Of a stretch of 64,000 bases of DNA, positions 62,715 to 64,000 are shown in pieces. The notes below the pieces were generated by a model that saw nothing but the letters and a program-made list of their open reading frames with translations, did not search any database and was not told where the DNA came from. Origin of the DNA: Anaerolineae bacterium (GTDB lineage Bacteria > Chloroflexota > Anaerolineae > Aggregatilineales > J027); assembly GCA_019913005.1 (NCBI GenBank), contig JAIOHL010000333.1, positions 100,885 to 164,884 of the forward strand, given 5' to 3'. Position 1 is the stretch's first letter. The number at the start of each line of letters is the position of its first letter. The position numbers and the translations under genes were made by a program.

Positions 62715-64000
62715 ATGTCCGATCATCAAGCCAAACAGGTCAAAAAAACACCCACATCCAAGCGTGGGGGTAAACTACGTGGTCAGGCGCTGCTTGAATA
62801 CGTGATGATTTTGGCGTTGGCCTTTATTGGCCTTATCGCCATTCTAACCATCACCGGGCCAGCGATTGGCAACGTGTTTAGCCGAACGGTTTATGATCTG
62901 TTGGGTCAAACTACAACTCCGCAAGACCCATTGGAAGCAAATGAATTTTGGAATCTGGTCACTGCGGTGGCCTCCTACACACCGGATGATGTTGATCTCA
63001 TCACCAACACCCCCGCCCCGCAGAATAATCCGGGTTTGCCACCCACCAGCGCTCCAAATGCGACTGCGACCTATACTTTTACACCAGAACCGAGTGGAGC
63101 AACCGCCGGACCAACCACCACACCGCAAGATCAAGATCGGGATGCCCCATGGAAGGATACAGCCACTGATCCTAATAACTGGCAGACCGATTTCGCCGAT
63201 GTTTTCACCGACCCGAACTTAGCACCGTGGAATGCCCAATGGTGGAATTTGTCTACCTGTAACAATGGGAATATTTTCAGCGCGACGGATGGCAGCTATT
63301 CAACTCCCCCAACCACCACCACACAGGAACAACTTATTCAGTTCCCGCGTGCGACCCATGCCTATTGGAATACGGCTGGTAGTGCGCCTGCGGCTGGTGT
63401 TACTGACGACTTCTGTTCGCGGTTCTCAAACTCTGTCATGCTTGCCCAAGGGGCCTACACCTTCCGCTATCGCCGTGACGACGGGGTACGTATTTTTGTG
63501 GACGGAAGCACCCAACTGGTTAACAGCCAAGACTGGAACTACAGCCCAACGGGTGCGAACTATGTCGAGGTCAATTGGACCAATCCTTCTACCCGTGCGG
63601 TGCCGATTGTGATTCAACACCGTGACACGGGCAGTGGCGCGATGCTCGAAGTTAGCTTGTTTAAATCCGGGCAATCAGGCAATACGGCTGACTGCAACTG
63701 GTCGTTGGTCACTTGGCTGCCCAACTCACCACCCACCGCTTGGCATGACAGCCCGCCCATCAATACGACCTATACCAGTGGTCAAAACTGTATTTTGCGC
63801 TATCGTGGTCGTATCAACCTGACACTACAGGGTATCAACAATCCCTTCTTGGAATTCTCGGATGCTTTCGACCTCGGCCAATATGACCGTGCGGTTGTCA
63901 GCGTGGCCGGCAGCGCCAATCTAGGCCGCTGGTATGATCGTACTGTACACACTGGCCCAACAGCTTCTCCAACGTATAATCGTCAAAGTTATGACCTTGC
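62715..64000 (+). CDS. Flp-type (type IVb/Tad) prepilin N-terminus fused to a long Pro/Thr-linker and PA14-like domain; 3' end outside window
   Basis: This ORF is absent from the ORF track because it has no stop in the window. I translated it by hand: ATG 62715 follows AGGAGAGG, and the frame stays open to nt 64000 (428 codons). N-terminus: MSDHQAKQVKKTPTSKRGGKLRGQALLEYVMILALAFIGLIAILTITGPAIGNVFSR (G-x4-EY motif). Later: GAYTFRYRRDDGVRIFVDGSTQLVNSQDW...VIQHRDTGSGAMLEVSL (PA14 pattern). Confidence 0.75.
   Translation, partial: MSDHQAKQVKKTPTSKRGGKLRGQALLEYVMILALAFIGLIAILTITGPAIGNVFSRTVYDLLGQTTTPQDPLEANEFWNLVTAVASYTPDDVDLITNTPAPQNNPGLPPTSAPNATATYTFTPEPSGATAGPTTTPQDQDRDAPWKDTATDPNNWQTDFADVFTDPNLAPWNAQWWNLSTCNNGNIFSATDGSYSTPPTTTTQEQLIQFPRATHAYWNTAGSAPAAGVTDDFCSRFSNSVMLAQGAYTFRYRRDDGVRIFVDGSTQLVNSQDWNYSPTGANYVEVNWTNPSTRAVPIVIQHRDTGSGAMLEVSLFKSGQSGNTADCNWSLVTWLPNSPPTAWHDSPPINTTYTSGQNCILRYRGRINLTLQGINNPFLEFSDAFDLGQYDRAVVSVAGSANLGRWYDRTVHTGPTASPTYNRQSYDL

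Noticed and set aside
1-64000. A search for tRNA, rRNA, CRISPR arrays and IS/transposase/integrase genes.
   Set aside because: All intergenic gaps over 150 nt were read by eye: 9271-9778, 11339-11542, 16448-16696, 20613-20935, 23433-23745, 59083-59313 and 62371-62714. I saw no T-loop GGTTCGAATC-like motif or cloverleaf, no regularly spaced repeats, and no ORF with transposase or integrase motifs. A tRNAscan/Infernal run would be needed to exclude small RNAs rigorously.

Overview
This is a 64-kb, densely coding, chromosomal-looking segment with about 63 protein-coding genes on both strands and many 4-nt ATGA/GTGA start-stop overlaps. Spot counts of 60-nt lines gave 57-63% GC in core genes and 28-40% in three short low-GC patches. 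The gene content suggests a Chloroflexota-like filamentous bacterium, but that is inference only. The supporting features are a membrane-arm-only nuoA-H-J-K-L-M-M-N cluster, a DUF5679-type zinc ribbon, a Flp pilin leader of the GQxLxEY...GPxIGNVFS kind, and a liv-type ABC operon with an embedded acyl-CoA ligase.

Gene blocks, in order:
- 1-4.2 kb: GH1 beta-glucosidase 3' end, methyltransferase, DUF385-like protein, YitT, amidohydrolase.
- 4.3-9.3 kb: lipoprotein, then corA, a GH5-like hydrolase and a GT39-like glycosyltransferase in one minus-strand string.
- 9.3-12.5 kb: lysC with a long structured leader, then ilvE.
- 12.4-16.4 kb: unknown membrane protein, DtxR-family repressor, thioesterase, crotonase, CPBP protease, RelE/ParE-type TA pair.
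- 16.7-23.4 kb: two tandem HExxH metalloprotease paralogs, a low-GC beta-propeller gene, and a YtxH plus zinc-ribbon-TIR pair.
- 23.5-30.9 kb: a complete hisGDCBHAFIE operon preceded by a His-codon leader peptide and terminator, and interrupted by a low-GC ORF.
- 31-41.3 kb: a low-GC hypothetical gene, then one long minus-strand string livG, acyl-CoA ligase, livH, livM, SBP, livF, HAD, phd-like, doc.
- 41.4-48.6 kb: LapA-like protein, MscS, orphan GAF histidine kinase, TPR/PT-rich protein, CoiA-like protein, beta-propeller protein.
- 48.7-59.1 kb: nuoN-M-M-L-K-J-H-A.
- 59.3-64 kb: 8-oxoguanine-deaminase-like amidohydrolase, hypothetical gene, folD, and a partial Flp-pilin/PA14 fusion gene that the ORF track misses because it runs off the window.

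I recognised no rRNA, tRNA, CRISPR array, transposase or integrase.

The strongest leads are:
1. The his leader-peptide attenuator, apparently leaderless.
2. The Flp-pilin N-terminus fused to a PA14-containing extension.
3. The two-NuoM complex I membrane module, with a His-rich insertion of about 95 aa in NuoL.
4. The structured lysC leader.
5. The zinc-ribbon-TIR/YtxH cassette.
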